From: Salpingoeca rosetta
Taxonomy: Eukaryota; Protista; Choanoflagellata
Reading direction: 5' to 3'
Assembly (NCBI GenBank): GCA_033442325.1
Contig: JAWQFM010000036.1
Coordinates: 124,175-188,174, forward strand
Length of the DNA stretch: 64,000 bases
The notes under the pieces were generated by a model that saw only the letters and a list, made by a program, of their open reading frames with translations, searched no databases and was not told where the DNA came from. Positions 60,561 to 64,000 of this stretch are shown here, in pieces. A program made the position numbers and the translations under genes. How positions within the stretch are numbered: position 1 is the stretch's first letter; each line of letters begins with the position of its first letter.

Positions 60561-61304
60561 TGTGTTTGTGTGTGTGTGTGTATGTGTGTGTTTGTGTGTG
60601 TGTGTGTGTGTGTTTGTGTGTGTTTGTGTGTGTGTGTGTATGTGTGTGCTCTGTACGTGGTTCGGCTTTGCCAGTTCTCAGCTCACTCCTCCACTCCCTT
60701 CTCCATACATGCATGTGTGTGTGTGTGTGTGTGTGCAGAGGGGGATGACGGGTTCTTTACGTTTCTCTTCGGCAGCCGGCGACGACGTGGTGTGGCGCCA
60801 GCAGACGACAGTCCACGTGAGCACCTTTGCTCGTCAATCGTGATGATGCGAATGTGTTGATATGTGTGTGTGTGCGTGTGTGTTGCTCTGTCGCTCACAC
60901 CGCCCCCTGTCCAATCCCACTTACTCACACACAAACAGAGACTGAGAGCATAGTGCTTGACTACTGCCAGCACACGGGCGTATCGGATGCGTTCACCAAC
61001 AGCGACGTCGACCGCGTGGCAGCGGTTATGACCAGCGTCGCATCGTCGTCCCAGGCCTCGTTCGACGTCGCGTGCTGCCTGGAGTTCACCAACGGCGGGG
61101 AGGGTGCTCGGTTTGGACTGCAGGGTGATGGTCTCTCTGTTGTCGACAACAAGCGCGAGGCAGCCGTTGTCTTCAACCAGGGGTGCGGTCGCATCAAGGT
61201 GCGCTGATGCGCGGTGCTGCGATGTCATCTTGCCGACGGAGTTCGGAAGAGAGGGGGCGGGGGCGGGGTGAGAGAGAGTGTGTGTGTGTGTGTGTGTGTG
61301 CATC

Positions 61305-61337
<33 letters not shown>

Positions 61338-61375
61338 GTGCTGTGCGTGTGTTCTGTGTGTGTGTGTGAGTGTGG

Positions 61376-61411
<36 letters not shown>

Positions 61412-62112
61412 CATCTGTGTTGGTCGTCAATGCCACCGCACTCTCACCAATACACCTCTGCTCACTCACCAACCACAACCAATACCAACACCACCACCAA
61501 CACCTCCTCCACCGAACACATCAATCAAACCACCAGATTGTGAATGTGATCAACTACTGTGGGCAGCCGGCCTCCAACGTCATTGGCTGCGCGCCCGTCG
61601 GCGGCGACACGGAGATGCTCGTCCGTCTCTCCAGTCACCAGAGCGACGCACGCCTCTGGCTGCACGAGGTGCGTGCTGCTTTTTTTTGCTTGTTTGTTGG
61701 GTGGTTTGGTGTGATTGTGTTTTGTTGTGGTTGTTGTGGTTGTTGTGATTGTGTTGTGCTTGTGGTTGTGGTTGTGATTGTGTTGTGATTGTGTTGTGTT
61801 GTGTTGTGGTTGTTGTGGTTGTTGTGATTGTGTTGTGGTTGTTGTGATTGTGTTGTGTTGTGTTGTGGTTGTGTTGTGCTGTGTTGTCTTGTGTGGCTAT
61901 TCCTTTCGTCCATTCCAACCTCTCCTCGCATCCTTCCACCTTTCTCTCGCATCCTTCACCCACCTCCATCCCATCCTTCACACCATCGTCATCGTGTGTC
62001 ATCAGACTGGACACAACGTCGGTCTCGGGCACAACCGCGACAGTGCCGATTACATCATGTATCCAACGCTCACCGGCAACCTCAACGGTGAGCACGCAGC
62101 CCACATGTCTCT

Positions 62113-62191
<79 letters not shown>

Positions 62192-62697
62192 CGTGTGTGT
62201 GTGACGTGTGTGTGATGTATGCGTGTTTGTTGGTTTGTTTGAGCCTGATATGTGTGTGTGTGTGTTTCGTCATTCTGATGACGATTGTAAACGTACCTGC
62301 ACCTCTCGCCCACTGCGATCCCCTCACCCCCCCCCCCGCCCTCTACCACCTCCTCTCCCACTCACCTTATCACCATCAACAATAACACCGGCCGACAGAC
62401 AACTTTGCGTTGACGTTGGAGGAGTGCGGTGCGTTCCACTCGCCGCCGCCAACAGCGCGCGTGCAGATTTCAGCCACAAACGCCACGTGTGCATCCGTCC
62501 AGCAGCCACCCGGCAGTGGCGATGGTGATGACGACGATGGAAACGGCGGTGGTGGTGGTGGCGGTGGCAGCAGCGATGGCAGCAGTGGTCTGCTCACTGG
62601 CGCGACGAGCTGGGCGGTGTTTGGTGTTGGCATTGCACTCGCAGCCGTGGCCGTTGTCGTCGTGTCTGTCTTTGCACGCGCGAGGGCAGGCAGGTGA
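59727..62697 (+). CDS. Membrane-anchored metzincin (matrixin-like) metalloprotease with a long N-terminal helical region
   Basis: Signal peptide; RRRR putative processing site; zinc motif split by an intron, LWLHE|TGHNVGLGH; Met-turn DYIMYP; Gly/Asp linker; C-terminal TM WAVFGVGIALAAVAVVVVSVF followed by RARAGR*. Confidence 0.85.
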
Positions 62698-63315
62698 TTT
62701 GGAAGCACACGGGGCAAGTGAGATGGGAGGGGGGAAAAGAACAAGATGAGAAGAAGGAGGAGGAGGAGGAGGAGGTGATGGGTGATGGGATGGTGGGTGG
62801 TGGCTTTGAGGGGCGCGATGTGCTGATGGTGAATGGTGTGACCCCGAGGAGTGCAGAGTGAAGGGACTGCGAGATGTGCGTGTGTTGTTGATGGATCATG
62901 CACACCATCAACTGTGACGTTGTTGCCATCATTGCCACCAATTGCATCAGGGGTTATGTTGCATTTTGCTTGCTTGTTGCCGTCTTTGGGCCGCACCTTA
63001 TCTTGCTTTCTCAACAACGTGTGTGTGTGTGTGTATGCATGCGTTGTTTGTGCGTTGTTATTCCACCGGTGGAAAGTATAAACCTCAAAGTATCCGTATC
63101 AGCGTCAGGATTATGCTTGCAGGCAACAAGCACGTGAAGATGAGTGATGGGGCAATCGGGTGCGGCATAAACCAACAACTACACGTGCACACACACACAT
63201 GTGCATGTGCATGGCTGCTGATGTGCATAGGGAAGGTAACTGTGTATTGATTGATCACGCAAGTAAGCAAGCAAGGTAACATGTCACGCAAGCAACTAAG
63301 AAACACACAAGCCAT

Positions 63316-63347
<32 letters not shown>

Positions 63348-64000
63348 CCGTGTGTCTGTGATTGGGACAGACAGACAAGAGGAAACCAATGCAGCCACAG
63401 AGAGAACGTTGCACAAGCGAGACAAGCAAGGAACAAACAAAAGAACAAAAGACGCATGATAAACGAGCGAGCAGATGATGACACGTGGGCGAGCAGTTGA
63501 AAAGGTAATGGAGATGGAGAGAGAGAGAGAGAGACACTAGGGCACAACGTGGAACCGCCTGGTATTGTTGCTGTTGCTGTGCATGCGTGTGTGTGCATGT
63601 TGGGGCGACAAGCGTGGTGCGGGTAAAAGAAACACAAGCGATACAGATAGAGAGATGGAGCGGAGGGGTAGGTGGTGTTGTGGGGTTGGGTGCCACGGTG
63701 TGCCAAGGCGCAGACAAGGGGGGAGGGGTGAACGGACACAACCCCGACGCAAAGTGCACGTGGACACGAATCCATCATGCCAACGACCATCGCAAACACC
63801 AACCACTTGAACACGACAGCAACCAAAGATACGCACAACAACGCCATCGTCCGCACCCCCCCCCTGTCAAACACACAGCCAGTGCACACACGCATCACCA
63901 ACACGAAGAGCAACGCCGACAAGGGTCACGGCGCATGGGAATGGTGGTGGTGGTGGTGGCGGTGGTGGTGGTGGTGTCAGATGGACGGTGCCGATGTCAT

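Noticed and set aside
63977-64000. Possible 3' end of a minus-strand gene (...MTSAPSI*)
   Set aside because: Only 24 bp inside the window; cannot be supported.

Overview
Eukaryotic, intron-rich, GC-rich genomic DNA whose introns and intergenic regions are packed with (GT/CA)n and trinucleotide microsatellites, with 8 N-gaps. The style and gene content suggest a choanoflagellate such as Salpingoeca rosetta (inference). By hand-splicing exons I find about 18 protein-coding loci: a partial unknown gene, UTP4, a truncated mosaic ETF-alpha copy back-to-back with another 5'-less gene fragment, OTU1/YOD1, a pectinacetylesterase/Notum-family esterase, OSTF1, a PH-domain low-complexity protein, SWI5, a polyQ protein with a C-terminal Cys cluster, bleomycin hydrolase, serine racemase, a PPR protein, an orphan 3' exon, a TMEM243-like protein, a Cys-rich type I membrane protein, a GH25 lysozyme and a membrane-anchored metzincin. 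I found no rRNA, tRNA, CRISPR array or recognisable transposase. Most of the supplied ORF track is microsatellite noise. Best leads: (1) a Swi5 carrying an N-terminal Mnd1/Hop2-like winged helix; (2) a cryptic nuclear-receptor-like Cys pattern that appears only after splicing through a GC-AG intron; (3) introns with mutually complementary repeats at their two ends and no polypyrimidine tract; (4) a recurring CTGAnnTCAG palindrome in divergent promoters; (5) a possibly bacteria-derived, membrane-anchored matrixin. All family assignments come from motif recognition by eye, not from database searches.
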